Shown: positions 36,548 through 46,929, numbered from the stretch's first letter. The stretch is 64,000 nt of DNA from Myxococcota bacterium (GCA_965223415.1 OZ245002.1:2368001-2432000); one strand, 5' to 3'. Notes: generated by a model from the letters alone, not told the origin. Made by a program: numbers and translations.

Positions 36548-38494
36548 GTGCGCAGGCTCGCTCTCGCCCTCGTCCTGCTGGCGGTCGTCGCCTCTGTCGT
36601 CCTCCTGTGTGACGTGGCGATGCTGGTCGGGCCGGGCCATGCGCCGTGGACGCCGCCGGGCGGGCCGGCCACGGCGCGCCCGCTCGCCCCGCGCGAGCCC
36701 TGCGCCCAGCGCGATCCCGCCCGGCGCGCCTTCTTCGGCGATCTCCACGTCCATACCGGTCTCTCGATGGACGCCACGATCCGCGGCGGAACGTCGACGC
36801 CCGACGAGGCCTACCGCTTCGCCCGGGGCGAGCCGATTCGGCTGCCGCCGGACCGCAGCCACGCCCTCGCGCGCCCCCTGGACTTCGCCGCCGTGACCGA
36901 CCACGCCGAGTGGCTGGGGGAAACCTCCCTCTGCAAGCGTCCGGGCTCGCCGGTCCACGACAGCACGGCGTGCCGCACCTTCCGGGGCGAGGAGCCCTCC
37001 TGGATGGGCGACAACCTGTTCGGTCGCATCGCTGCCGTGGTCGGCTTCCTCGGGCGCAACACCGACGTGTGTGGGGAGGGAGCCGCCGCCTGTCGCGCGG
37101 AGCTGGGCCTGGCTTGGCAGGAGACCCGGGCCGCCGCCGAGCGCTGGTACGACCGCTCGTCCGCGTGCTCCTTCACCACCTTCCACGCCTGGGAATACAG
37201 CGCCTCGCCCGGGCGCTCGAAGGTCCATCGCAACGTGATCTTGCGCAACGAGATCGTGCCCGAGCTGCCGATCTCCTGGATCGACGAGCCCTCCGCGGAG
37301 GGGCTCTGGCGCAAGCTGCTGGAGCGCTGCAACGACACCGGCACCGGCTGCGAGGCCCTGGCGATTCCCCACAACCCGAACGTGTCGAACGGCCAGATGT
37401 TCGTGCTCGACCGGAGTGGCGGCCGCGAGGCGGAGCGTGCCCGCGCGGAGCTGCGGGCCCGCCTCGAGCCGCTGGTCGAGATGGCCCAGGCGAAGGGCGA
37501 GTCCGAGTGCCGCAGCGGCTTCGCCGGCGTGCTCGGCGAGGACGAGCTGTGCGACGACGAGAAGATCCGTTGGATCGACGGGGCGCCGCCGCCGGACTGC
37601 GGCGACGGCAGCAGTCGCGGCGCCATGGCGGGCCGCGGCTGCCAGTCGCGCCTCGATTTTGTGCGCTACGTGCTGATCGAAGGCCTGCGGGAGGAAGCGC
37701 GCCTCGGCGTGAACCCCTACCGCCACGGCTGGATCGGCAGCACGGATACCCACAACGGCACGCCCGGCGCCACCGACGAGCCTTCTTATCCCGGCCACAA
37801 CGGCCTGACCGACGCCACCCTCGAGCAGCGCATCGGCACCGAGCAGGACAACTACGCGCCCTATCCGCTGCGCAACCCGGGCGGCCTGGTCGGGATCTGG
37901 GCAGAGGAGAACACTCGCGACGCCCTCTTCGACGCCATGAAGCGCCGGGAGACCTTCGCCACCAGCGGAACGCGCATCACGCCGCGCTTGTTCGCGGGCT
38001 GGGATCTGCCGGCGGACGCCTGCGAACGCGTCGGCGCCGAAGGTGTCCCGATGGGTGCCGTGCTGCCGCCGCCTCCCGCCGGCTCCGGCGCGCCCTCGTT
38101 TCACGTGTCCGCCCTGCGCGACGCCGCCGGCGGCCAGCTCCAACGCATCCAGATCGTGAAGGCGTGGGTCGGCGGCGACGGTGCCTTCCGCCAGCAGGTC
38201 CACGACGTCGCCGGCTTCGCTTCCGGCGAGGCCGACGTGGACCGAGCCACCTGCACCCCGACCGGCCGCGGCGCGGATTCCCTCTGCGCCGTCTGGCAGG
38301 ACCCGGGCTTCGACCCCGCCCGCCCCGCCATCTACTACGCCCGCATCCTCGAGAACCCGAGCTGCCGCTGGAACGCCCACCAGTGCAACGCCCTCCCGGA
38401 ACCCCAACGCCCCGTCGCCTGCACCGACCCCACCCTCCCCTGGCGCACCCAGGAACGCGCCTGGACCTCCGCCATCTGGTACACGTTAAGATAG
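36548..38494 (+). CDS. DUF3604 family (PHP-like) exported protein
   Basis: FFGDLHVHT, LDFAAVTDHAE, HRNVI, IPHN, GSTDTH, QERAWTSAIWY. Confidence 0.88.
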   Translation: MRRLALALVLLAVVASVVLLCDVAMLVGPGHAPWTPPGGPATARPLAPREPCAQRDPARRAFFGDLHVHTGLSMDATIRGGTSTPDEAYRFARGEPIRLPPDRSHALARPLDFAAVTDHAEWLGETSLCKRPGSPVHDSTACRTFRGEEPSWMGDNLFGRIAAVVGFLGRNTDVCGEGAAACRAELGLAWQETRAAAERWYDRSSACSFTTFHAWEYSASPGRSKVHRNVILRNEIVPELPISWIDEPSAEGLWRKLLERCNDTGTGCEALAIPHNPNVSNGQMFVLDRSGGREAERARAELRARLEPLVEMAQAKGESECRSGFAGVLGEDELCDDEKIRWIDGAPPPDCGDGSSRGAMAGRGCQSRLDFVRYVLIEGLREEARLGVNPYRHGWIGSTDTHNGTPGATDEPSYPGHNGLTDATLEQRIGTEQDNYAPYPLRNPGGLVGIWAEENTRDALFDAMKRRETFATSGTRITPRLFAGWDLPADACERVGAEGVPMGAVLPPPPAGSGAPSFHVSALRDAAGGQLQRIQIVKAWVGGDGAFRQQVHDVAGFASGEADVDRATCTPTGRGADSLCAVWQDPGFDPARPAIYYARILENPSCRWNAHQCNALPEPQRPVACTDPTLPWRTQERAWTSAIWYTLR

Positions 38495-38517
38495 GGGCCG
38501 GTTCCGTTTGTTAAGTT
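38485..38517 (+). repeat. Arm-core-arm mini element, copy B
   Basis: GTTAAGAT-AGGGGCCGGTTCCGTTT-GTTAAGTT; core identical to copy A. Confidence 0.85.
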
Positions 38518-38539
38518 GCTTCGCCCAGCTACCGCACCT

Positions 38540-38572
38540 GTTGCGCAAGGGGCCGGTTCCGTCCGTTGCGTT
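38540..38572 (+). repeat. Arm-core-arm mini element, copy C
   Basis: GTTGCGCA-AGGGGCCGGTTCCGTCC-GTTGCGTT. Confidence 0.8.
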
Positions 38573-38584
38573 CCGAACGACGGA

Positions 38585-39124
38585 TCAGCGGATGTAGCCG
38601 GGGAGGCAGTCGGCGGCGCGGCGGCAGGCGTCGAACAGGCCGTCGTCGGCCCAGTCGCGGGCTTCTTCGAGCTTGTTCTCGGCGGCGTCGAGGCGGCCGC
38701 GCTCGTAGGTGGAGCAGCCGGGCGGCACCTCGTAGAGGGAGCGCCGCTCCTCCACGCCGCGGCAGCGCGTGCGCCAGTGCTCGAAATCGCGCTCGGCGCT
38801 GGACAGCTCGCGCCGGGCCTTCCGGGCCCGGCTCGACCAACGCTCTCGCGCCCGCTCCTCGCGCTCCTCCCGGGCCCGTCTCTGGGCGATGGTGGGCTTC
38901 GAGACGGGCTCCTTCTTCACCGGCGCCTCGCGAAGCTCCGTCGGCTGGACCGTGACCTTGCCGCTTGGCCGGTAGTTCTTCGACTCGACGGTCGCTCCCT
39001 GGGGCACCAGGTCCGGCGAGGCGAAGCCGATCTTCCCGTCCGGCGTCCGGTACTTCACCATCCCCTGGCCGAGCGCCGGCCCGGCGAAGAGAGAGAGGAA
39101 GACGAGGACGATCGGGGTCCGCAC
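38585..39124 (-). CDS. Secreted hypothetical protein (DUF4124-like N-terminus, coiled coil)
   Basis: Signal peptide, VKYRTPDGKIGF, EERW..RARKAR coil, terminal CLPGYIR. Confidence 0.7.
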   Translation of the reverse strand: MRTPIVLVFLSLFAGPALGQGMVKYRTPDGKIGFASPDLVPQGATVESKNYRPSGKVTVQPTELREAPVKKEPVSKPTIAQRRAREEREERARERWSSRARKARRELSSAERDFEHWRTRCRGVEERRSLYEVPPGCSTYERGRLDAAENKLEEARDWADDGLFDACRRAADCLPGYIR

Positions 39125-39183
39125 GCAAGGCACATCGGCGCCTCGCAGCGAGCCCTTGAGGCGAAGAGGGCTAGCATGCCGGC

Positions 39184-40014
39184 ATGAAGCTCGACGATCG
39201 CATCGCTGTCATCACCGGGGGCGCGAGCGGCATCGGCAAGGGCCTGGCCGAGCGCTTTCATCGGGAAGGGGCCCGCCACGTGGTCGTGGCCGATCGGGAC
39301 GAGGCCGGGGCGCGCAGCGTGGCCGAGGCCATCGGGGGCACCGGCGTCGGCGTCGACGTCTCCGACGAAGGCGCCGTCCGCGCCCTGGTACAGGAGACCG
39401 AGCGCACCCATGGCGCCATCGATCTACTCGTCTCCAACGCCGGCTACGTCACCATCGGTGGTCTCGAGGCGCCGACCGCGGACCTGCAGCGCATGTGGGA
39501 GGTGCACGTGCTCGCACACCTCTTCGCGGCCCGCGCCGCCCTGCCGGGCATGATCGCTCGCGGCCGTGGCTACCTGCTCAACACCGCCTCCGCCGCTGGC
39601 CTCCTCACCCAGCTCGGCTCGCTCCACTATTCGGTGACCAAGCACGCGGCCATCGCCCTGGCCGAGTGGCTCGCCATCACCCACGGCCATCAGGGCATCC
39701 GCGTCTCCGTGCTGTGTCCCCAGGCCGTCGAGACCAACATCGGCGCCAATAGCCCGGACCGCGACAGGATGGAAGGCGGCGGCGCCGACGTGGCCAGCCA
39801 GGACGGCGTCCTCCAGCCCGAGGACGTGGGCCAATGCGTCGTCGAAGCTCTCGACGAGGAGCGCTTCTGGGTGCTGCCCCACCCCGAGGTCGCCGAGTAC
39901 GCGCGCCGCAAGGCCTCGGACGTCGATCGCTGGCTCGGGGGCATGATGCGCTTCCAGAAGCAGCTGTTCGGTGAGGCGAACCAGCCCGCGGACTGGCTCA
40001 CCCCGCGACGTTAG
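39184..40014 (+). CDS. SDR oxidoreductase
   Basis: TGGASGIG, NAG, YSVTK. Confidence 0.92.
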   Translation: MKLDDRIAVITGGASGIGKGLAERFHREGARHVVVADRDEAGARSVAEAIGGTGVGVDVSDEGAVRALVQETERTHGAIDLLVSNAGYVTIGGLEAPTADLQRMWEVHVLAHLFAARAALPGMIARGRGYLLNTASAAGLLTQLGSLHYSVTKHAAIALAEWLAITHGHQGIRVSVLCPQAVETNIGANSPDRDRMEGGGADVASQDGVLQPEDVGQCVVEALDEERFWVLPHPEVAEYARRKASDVDRWLGGMMRFQKQLFGEANQPADWLTPRR

Positions 40015-41004
40015 GTGAACCTCGCCTCCCTGGACCTGGAAGGCCTTCTCGGGGCTGGCCTGGGCGGGCGCGCCGGCACCTTCAGCGTGCGCTTCCGCGA
40101 CGACCAGACCCACGCCGGCGAGGGCCGCTTCCCCATCTACAGCATCGCCAAGGTGGTGATCGCGGTGCTCCTGGTCCAGCAGGCCGACGAAGAACGCCTC
40201 TCCCTCGACGACCCGCTCGCTCGCTGGCACCCGGAGGTTCCCGGCGCCGACGCCATGACCCTCCGCCAGGTGCTCCGGCACCGTGCCGGGCTGCGGGATT
40301 ACGGCTCGCTCCGGGCCTACCACGAGGCGCTGCGCAGCTCATCGCAGCGCGCCTGGAGTCGAGCCACCTACGGCGAGCACACCTGGCTGCGCGGTCCCGT
40401 TTCGGAGCCCGGCGAGCGCTTCCTCTACAGCAACCCGGGCTACCGGCTCCTCCGCGAGATCGCCGAGCGCGTGGACGGCGGAGGCTTCGCGGAGCTCGTC
40501 GCACGGCGCATCACCGGCCCGCTGGGTCTCGTTCGCACTCGCGTCCTCGAGAGCGCGGCGGATTACGCCGAGCTGGTTCCGTCCACGACGACGCGTTTCT
40601 CGACCGACGGCTCGCCTCGCGACCTGCGGACGATGGACCCGGACTGGGTGTTCCACGGTACCCTCTCCTCTACGGCGCCGGAGACCTTGCGCCTTCTCGA
40701 TGCGTTCGCGAACGGCTCCCTGGTCTCCCGGGAAGGGCTCGCGGCGATGACCCAGCTCGTCCCCATCGGGCAGGAGCTTCCCGGCCGCGGCGAGCCCAGC
40801 TACGGGCTCGGCCTGATGGGCGATCCGCACTCGCCCCACGGCCTTTCCTGGGGCCACAACGGAGGCGGCCCGGGCTACCAGGCGAGCGTCTTCCACCTTC
40901 CCGAGCACGACCTCAGCGCTTGCGCGCTCTGCGCCGACGAGCGGGACGGTGCGGCGGAGGCGCTCGTGCGGCGGGTCTTCGAGGCTCTCGTTCAGCCGAG
41001 GTAG
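40015..41004 (+). CDS. Serine hydrolase, beta-lactamase/D-peptidase family
   Basis: SIAK (SxxK), YSN, GHNG motifs. Confidence 0.88.
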   Translation: MNLASLDLEGLLGAGLGGRAGTFSVRFRDDQTHAGEGRFPIYSIAKVVIAVLLVQQADEERLSLDDPLARWHPEVPGADAMTLRQVLRHRAGLRDYGSLRAYHEALRSSSQRAWSRATYGEHTWLRGPVSEPGERFLYSNPGYRLLREIAERVDGGGFAELVARRITGPLGLVRTRVLESAADYAELVPSTTTRFSTDGSPRDLRTMDPDWVFHGTLSSTAPETLRLLDAFANGSLVSREGLAAMTQLVPIGQELPGRGEPSYGLGLMGDPHSPHGLSWGHNGGGPGYQASVFHLPEHDLSACALCADERDGAAEALVRRVFEALVQPR

Positions 41005-41681
41005 GCGAAGCCCTCGGCCAGGGCCTCGCGTCCGCCCTTCTCCCGCACCTCGCCGTGGCCCACGATCACCCGATCGAACTCCCAGCCGAGGATCTCGTCG
41101 ATGGCGGCTCGCGCCGTCGCCCCGTCACGGATGAATGCGCGGATCATGCGATGGGGACCGAAGCGATCGGTGGCCCCGATCAGCCGGTGGAAGAGACGCG
41201 CCCGGTTGCCCGGCCCGGACTTCACGTTGAAGGCGAGATCCGTCAGCACGAGCGTACGGCTCGCCGGGTGCAGGAACACCACCTCGTTCAATCGGGGCGC
41301 GCCCGGGACGAAGCGCGTCCGGATCTCCTCGCCCCAGGGATGGCTCCCGTCCTCGCCGAGCACGACGTCGAAGGAGAGGTCCTCGCGCTTCTCCGGCAAT
41401 CCGGGTGCTGCCACCAGCTGGGCATCCGGATAGGCCTCGGCCCAGTCGCCCAGGTAGAAGTGGTGCACCGCACTCGGTCCGACCAGCCAGCGCACCGCGC
41501 CCACCGCATCCACCGCAGCGCGGGTCGCGGCGTCGAAGGGCACCGGCGAGTGCAGCAGCAGGCCGCCGTCGGCCAGACGGATCACCGTCATCCGGCAACC
41601 GATGTCGCCCACCCACAGCGCAAGGGGGCGGCTGGCGACCCAGAGATCCTGGTCGAGACGCTGGAGGGCCTGCTCCTGCAT
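40992..41681 (-). CDS. DUF4336 family protein
   Basis: RMTVIRL..GLLLHSPV, EVVFLH..SRTLVLTD, GHG. Confidence 0.85.
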   Translation of the reverse strand: MQEQALQRLDQDLWVASRPLALWVGDIGCRMTVIRLADGGLLLHSPVPFDAATRAAVDAVGAVRWLVGPSAVHHFYLGDWAEAYPDAQLVAAPGLPEKREDLSFDVVLGEDGSHPWGEEIRTRFVPGAPRLNEVVFLHPASRTLVLTDLAFNVKSGPGNRARLFHRLIGATDRFGPHRMIRAFIRDGATARAAIDEILGWEFDRVIVGHGEVREKGGREALAEGFAYLG

Positions 41682-41800
41682 GCCGGAAATCTAACCTACG
41701 CGGGCTAGCGGCTGCCGTTGGTCGAGCCGTCCCAGCCTCAAGCGCGGATCCCCGCGCTCCGATTCCCTAGGCTGGCCGCGCATCCTGGCAGGAGAAAAGC

Positions 41801-42301
41801 GTGCAGCACGTGCTCTGGTTCGTTCCCGAGAAGCTCGCCGGTCGTGCCGGGCCGAACCGCGAGCCCTGGGATCCCGCGGCCCTGGAGGCGGGCGGGATCG
41901 GAGCGGTGCTCTCCCTCGACACCCGCGCGGTGGACGGCGATGCGCTCCGCGCCGCCGGCCTCGAGCACGCGGTGATCGAGCTGCCCGCCGACGATTCGGC
42001 CACCGCCGAGACCGAGGCCACCTGCCTCGCCCGGCTGCCCGAGGCCCAGGCCTTCCTGGAGGCCCAGAGCAAGGCCGGCCGGGCCACCCTCGTCCACTGC
42101 AGCAAGGGTCGAGATCGGACGGCCCTGGTCTCCGCCTACTTCATCGCCTGCGCCGAAGACCTCGACGCGGACTTCGCCGTCTCGCGGATCCGCGACGTCC
42201 GCCCCGACGCTCTCTTCGCCCCCGGCTGGGAGCCCCTGGCCCTGCGCGTGATCGACGAGCTGATGAGCCGCCGCAAGCGCCGGCCCGGCCGGAGTCGTTA
42301 G
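41801..42301 (+). CDS. Dual-specificity/tyrosine protein phosphatase family
   Basis: HCSKGRDRT (CX5R) P-loop. Confidence 0.85.
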   Translation: MQHVLWFVPEKLAGRAGPNREPWDPAALEAGGIGAVLSLDTRAVDGDALRAAGLEHAVIELPADDSATAETEATCLARLPEAQAFLEAQSKAGRATLVHCSKGRDRTALVSAYFIACAEDLDADFAVSRIRDVRPDALFAPGWEPLALRVIDELMSRRKRRPGRSR

Positions 42302-43969
42302 GCTACTTCCCGTCCGAGAAGAGCCGTTCGTCGGCCTCTTAGTGGATCGTTGGCGGTCTTCGCGGGCGTTGAGAGTAGCGATGTCACAGCAGTCCCGGAG
42401 CCGTCGGGGTGAGTGAGCGACCGTGTTCCGATGCGCGGGCGCACGTGTCCACCGACCGAACCACTCTCAGGGGTTCAGGCGAACTCGCGAGTCAGCAGGT
42501 GGCGGGCCAAGGCGACGAGGTTGAAGCTCGTCACACTGGCCCAGACATAGGCCTTGAAGGACGCCAGGCCCCGCCAGGTGCATCGGTCCATCTGGAACGC
42601 TCGCTTGAGCGTCGAGATCACGCCCTCGATCCCCGAGCGGAAGTCACGAAGGCGCCGGAAGACCCAGGCGCTGCGCACCATCTCGTGGACCTCGAGTCCG
42701 CTCTTCTTGTTGAAGGCCATGTCTTCCACGCCGAGCGCCTTGGCCTTGGCAACGTTGTCCATGGACGCGAAGCCTCCGTCCATCGCCACTTGGCGGGGTG
42801 CCTTGCCGAAGAGATCTGCATGGCGCTCGAGCGTACGTTCGACCAGCGTCGAGTCCGTAGGGTTTCCTTCCTCGATGACACAGTCGAGGACGAGTGACGA
42901 CCTGCCGCCAGTCAGACAGACCTTGTGACCGTAGTAGGTGCCTCGATTGTCCTTCACGAGGATGTCCGAGTGCGGCTCGAAGATCGACACGATCTTCTCG
43001 GCTGCAGGGACGCGCTCGCCTTCGAGGACACGGCGACGGCTCTGATCGATGACGCGCTCGACGAGGGGAAGCACCGCGAGGAGCTCTTCGCGAAGCGGCG
43101 TCGTGTCTTCGACTCGGGCGACCCTCTCCGCGACGCTACGGGCCGCTTGGCAGACCTCTTCCGTGGCCCGGATCATGCACCGATAGCTCGCGACCAGGTT
43201 GATCGACCGCCGGTGGAACTTGATCGCGTAGGCGCGTCGCTTCACGCAACGACGACGATCCGGGAACATCTTGCGCAGCGAAGGGCGTTGCTTCGCCATC
43301 CTTCGCAAAATCCGCGTCATCACCCGAACGCTGTCCCAGAGCAGGGCCGAGTCGGCGGGCTCGTGGATGTTCGCCTCGACGACCGTCGTATCCGCCCGAA
43401 TCGTCTCGCCTCGTTCGATTCCTTCCCGGCGAGCCAGGCCGATCAACGCACGGTGGATGGCTTCCCACGTCTCGGGCCGGATCCGTTTGACGTTGTCCTG
43501 AAGGGTCTGGAAGCGGGGCCAGTCACCGAGCCCGAGTCCTACGAAGCTGCGGAAGGCGGCCGAGTCCTGGAGGTGAAACTCCAACTCCCGGTAGCTCAGC
43601 CCGTGGATCTGCTTGAGTAGGGCGATTCGAAGGACCTGATCGCCGCTGAGGCCCCGACGGCCGGTATCGGCGCGACGTTCCCCGATCAGATCTCCGTGCA
43701 CAACAGCACCCAAGCGCGGATCCGCCCCGAGGATCCTGGCGATCATCTGCAGCTCTCGGGTATGTTGATGCGGACCCCATGTGGGCGTGAGTGAGAGCTG
43801 AGTTTCTCGGAATCGGCGCATCGCTTCACCCCCCGGTTGGCGAATTGCTGTGTATGTTCGGTAGGTTGGCACCACCTAACATACACCAATCGAAACTCGA
43901 TCGGGAGGCGCGTTTGCGCCAATTCCTTTTCTTCTCAGTGACTTACGAGTTCTTGGACGGGAAGTAGGC
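42301..43969. mobile_element. Insertion sequence (ISNCY/IS5-like)
   Basis: Terminal IRs GGCTACTTCCCGTCCGAGAA / GCCTACTTCCCGTCCAAGAA (18/20) around a transposase; visibly lower GC. Confidence 0.9.
42475..43821 (-). CDS. DDE transposase (ISNCY/IS5-like)
   Basis: RADTTVVEANI..P.D, KIVSIFEPH, MDGGF, FRSGIEGVIS.LKR. Confidence 0.92.
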   Translation of the reverse strand: MRRFRETQLSLTPTWGPHQHTRELQMIARILGADPRLGAVVHGDLIGERRADTGRRGLSGDQVLRIALLKQIHGLSYRELEFHLQDSAAFRSFVGLGLGDWPRFQTLQDNVKRIRPETWEAIHRALIGLARREGIERGETIRADTTVVEANIHEPADSALLWDSVRVMTRILRRMAKQRPSLRKMFPDRRRCVKRRAYAIKFHRRSINLVASYRCMIRATEEVCQAARSVAERVARVEDTTPLREELLAVLPLVERVIDQSRRRVLEGERVPAAEKIVSIFEPHSDILVKDNRGTYYGHKVCLTGGRSSLVLDCVIEEGNPTDSTLVERTLERHADLFGKAPRQVAMDGGFASMDNVAKAKALGVEDMAFNKKSGLEVHEMVRSAWVFRRLRDFRSGIEGVISTLKRAFQMDRCTWRGLASFKAYVWASVTSFNLVALARHLLTREFA

Positions 43970-44114
43970 TAGCAGGCGAGCTCGGAGGGCGGGAGACCGA
44001 AGATCAGCCAGCCGCCGCCCACGTCGACGTGAGGGAAGCCGAGGACGTCGCGCAGGAAGGCGCGGTCGGCGTCGGGGCGCTGCTGTAGAGGATGGTGTGG
44101 GCTCCGACGATCAT
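43969..44114 (-). pseudogene. VOC/glyoxalase (extradiol dioxygenase-like) fragment
   Basis: MIVGAHTILYSS, then a frameshift to PDADRAFLRDVLGFPHVDVGGGWLIFGLPPSELA, cut at the IS end. Confidence 0.75.
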
Positions 44115-44133
44115 GTGCACTCCTCCCCTCGGG

Positions 44134-45357
44134 TCAGGATACCTCCTCCCGCCGGACGAAGGCGAGCAGCAGGAGCGCCACGGCGTTCAGGCACGCGAAG
44201 AGCGCGAAGGCAGGGGTGTAGCTGCCCAGCCGGTCCGAGGCGGCGCCCGCGGCGATGGAGCCGGGTGAGCCGCCGACGAGCAGCATCACGGTGAGGGCGC
44301 CGTAGATCTGCGCCAGGTATCGCGGGCCGAAGCAGTGGACGACGATCAGCGGGTAGACGACGTCCCGGGCGGCCGCCGCGAAGCCGTAGGTGACGATGAA
44401 GAGGGCGAGCCAGGGCTCTTCCGGAAGCGCGAGGCAGAGGATCGAGCTCGCCAGGAAGACCGCCGTGTTCACGACGGCGCCGGTCTTGGGCGAGAGATGG
44501 TCCGCGAGCACGCCGTAGCCGAGCTTCGCGATCAGGCCCATGCCGATGGCGCGGGTGAAGGCGCCGGCGGCGTCGCCGCGCGAGAGGCCTTCGTCCATCA
44601 GGAAGGTGACGAAGTGGTCGGTGATCGCCATGAAGAAGGCGAAGTAGGAGAAGAGCACGAAGCCCAGGATCCAGAAGCTGCGGGTGCGCAGGGCCTGGGC
44701 GAGGCTCAGCGATTCCTCCGAGGCGCCTGCGAGTGCCAGCGCGTCCGAAGGCTCCGCGTCGTCGGCTGCCAGCTCCTCCCGCGCGGGCTCGCGCACGGCA
44801 AACGCCGCGAAGGGGAGCAGCAGGAGCGCCGTGCCGACGCCGACGAATCGCCAGGCCTCCCGCCAGGACGCGTCGCCGGCGAGGCCCGTGGTGAGCGGCA
44901 CCAGCAGCATGCCGCCGAGGTTCGAGCCCACGTAGATCAGGCCGAGGGCCAGGCCGCGCCGCTCGCGAACCCACTTGACGGCCACGTGCCCCACGACGAC
45001 GTCGCCCACGCCCACCAAGGCGAGGCCGAGCACCAGGTTCCAGAGCAGGAGCTCACCGACGCTCTGCACCTGGGAGAGAGCCCAGCTGCACACCCCCAGC
45101 ACGCAGACCGCGCCGACCAGGATCGTGCGGGCGCCCCACTGCACGACCAGCGCGCCGATCAGCGGGCTGGCCAGGGCGATCACGAAGATGCGCGGGCTCA
45201 CGGCGGAGGCCCACTCGGCGCGGCTCCAGCCCAGGTCGTCCAGCACGAATGGCATGAGCGGCGAGAAGGTGTAGCCGAAGCCGATGGCCAGCTGGCAGGC
45301 GAAGCAGCCCAGCACCGCGACCAGGGCGCGGCCCCGCAGATCGCCGAGCAGGGTCAC
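44134..45357 (-). CDS. MFS transporter
   Basis: About 12 TM segments, DDLGWSRA, G.LADH motif. Confidence 0.88.
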   Translation of the reverse strand: MTLLGDLRGRALVAVLGCFACQLAIGFGYTFSPLMPFVLDDLGWSRAEWASAVSPRIFVIALASPLIGALVVQWGARTILVGAVCVLGVCSWALSQVQSVGELLLWNLVLGLALVGVGDVVVGHVAVKWVRERRGLALGLIYVGSNLGGMLLVPLTTGLAGDASWREAWRFVGVGTALLLLPFAAFAVREPAREELAADDAEPSDALALAGASEESLSLAQALRTRSFWILGFVLFSYFAFFMAITDHFVTFLMDEGLSRGDAAGAFTRAIGMGLIAKLGYGVLADHLSPKTGAVVNTAVFLASSILCLALPEEPWLALFIVTYGFAAAARDVVYPLIVVHCFGPRYLAQIYGALTVMLLVGGSPGSIAAGAASDRLGSYTPAFALFACLNAVALLLLAFVRREEVS

Positions 45358-45358
45358 G

Positions 45359-46918
45359 TCAGGGGCGCGCGGGGTAGCGCGGCGCGCCCAGAGCCAGGGT
45401 GGCTTCGAGCTGGGCGGCCACCTCGTCGAGCCACTGGCAGAGCAGGGGCCGGGTATCGCGCGGGTCGATCAGCTCGTGGATGCCGAACTCCTCGGCGCGG
45501 GGGAAGACGGACTGGGCTCGGGCCAGCTCGTCCTCGAGCTCGCGGCGACGGGCCTCGGGGTCGGCGGCGGCGGCGATCTCGCGGCCGTAGGCGAGCGCGA
45601 CCCCGCCTTCCACCGGCATGGCGCCGAACTCCGCCGAGGGCCAGGCGAAGGTGGTGCTGCCCGGCCCCAGGTGGATGCCCGCGGCCACGCCGAAGGACTT
45701 GCGCACGATCACCGAGGCCCACGGCACGCGGGACTGCATGGCGGCGGCGAGGGCTTCGACGCCGTGGCGGATCGTACCCGCCTTCTCGCTTTCGCTGCCG
45801 ATCAGGAAGCCGGGCTCGTCCACCAGGGCGATCACCGGCAGGTTGAACTGGTCGCAGAGCTCGACGAAGCGGCGCACCTTGCGGGCGCCGTCGGCGGTCA
45901 TCGAGCCGCCCTGGTGCACCGGGTCGTTGGCGAAGACGCCGACGCTGCGGCCCCCGAGGCGGGCGAGGCCCGTGACCTGGCTGCGACCGAAGAGTGGGGC
46001 GATCTCGAAGAAGGAGCCCGCGTCGACGACGGCCTCGATCAGCCTTCGCATCTTGTAGGCGCGCCGGCGCTCGCGGGGCACGATCTCGAGGAGCTTCGGG
46101 TCCCGGCGCTCGCGGGGGTCGCCGGACTCCACGACCGGCGGCGCTTCGCCGACCCGGCTCGGCAGGTAGGAGAGGAAGGCGCGGACCTGTCGCCAGACGT
46201 CGGCCTCGTCCTCGGCCACGTTGTCGACGACCCCGCTGCGCAGGTGCACCTGGGCGCCGCCGAGCTCCTCCTTCGTGAGCTTCTCCCGGGTGGCGCGCTC
46301 GACCAGGGCCGGGCCGCCGATCAGCACCTGGGCGGTGTCCTTGGTCATGATGGAGAGGTGGGAGGTGACCAGGCGCGCCGCCGGGAAGCCGGCGACCGGG
46401 CCCAGGGCCGCGCACACCACCGGCACGCTGCGGAAGGCCTCGAGCATCGCGATGTTCAGGATCGAGGGCTGGGTCAGGTCGTAGCCGGAGCGTCCGCCTT
46501 CTCCGAGGCCCGTGATGCGGGCGCCCCCACCCTCGAGCAGCCGCACCATCGGCATACGCCGCCGCGCGGCCAGCTCGTCGGCGTAGACGCCCTTCTTCAT
46601 GCCCGCCTGGGAGTAGGAGGCGCCGGCGACGGTGAAGTCGTCGCCGCAGACCACCACCGGGCGACCGTCCAGCTCGCCGACGCCGGCGACCACGTTCGCC
46701 GGTGTGAAGCTCTTCAGCCGCCCCTGGTCGTCCTGCTCCCCTGTGCCGGTGACGCCGGCGTGCTCGCGAAAGCTCCCGGGGTCGAGCAGTGCCTCCACGC
46801 GTTCGCGGACCGTGAGCCGGCCCCGGTCGTGCTGCTTCGCCACCTGCTCGGGGCCGCCGTGCTCCTTCGCCGCTTCGCGGCGCGCTCGGATGCCGCGGAC
46901 CTCTTCCTCCCAGCTCAT
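45359..46918 (-). CDS. Acyl-CoA carboxylase carboxyltransferase subunit
   Basis: GRLTVRER..LLDPGSF, DFTV.G.S, GGPALV, VDEPGF, IDPRDTR. Confidence 0.92.
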   Translation of the reverse strand: MSWEEEVRGIRARREAAKEHGGPEQVAKQHDRGRLTVRERVEALLDPGSFREHAGVTGTGEQDDQGRLKSFTPANVVAGVGELDGRPVVVCGDDFTVAGASYSQAGMKKGVYADELAARRRMPMVRLLEGGGARITGLGEGGRSGYDLTQPSILNIAMLEAFRSVPVVCAALGPVAGFPAARLVTSHLSIMTKDTAQVLIGGPALVERATREKLTKEELGGAQVHLRSGVVDNVAEDEADVWRQVRAFLSYLPSRVGEAPPVVESGDPRERRDPKLLEIVPRERRRAYKMRRLIEAVVDAGSFFEIAPLFGRSQVTGLARLGGRSVGVFANDPVHQGGSMTADGARKVRRFVELCDQFNLPVIALVDEPGFLIGSESEKAGTIRHGVEALAAAMQSRVPWASVIVRKSFGVAAGIHLGPGSTTFAWPSAEFGAMPVEGGVALAYGREIAAAADPEARRRELEDELARAQSVFPRAEEFGIHELIDPRDTRPLLCQWLDEVAAQLEATLALGAPRYPARP

Positions 46919-46929
46919 CGCCGCGCTGC

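Noticed and set aside
40015..41004. Antibiotic-resistance calls (beta-lactamase; also the MBL at 11381 and the TetA-like MFS at 62082)
   Set aside because: Only superfamily-level motifs; no class-specific signatures or mobile context
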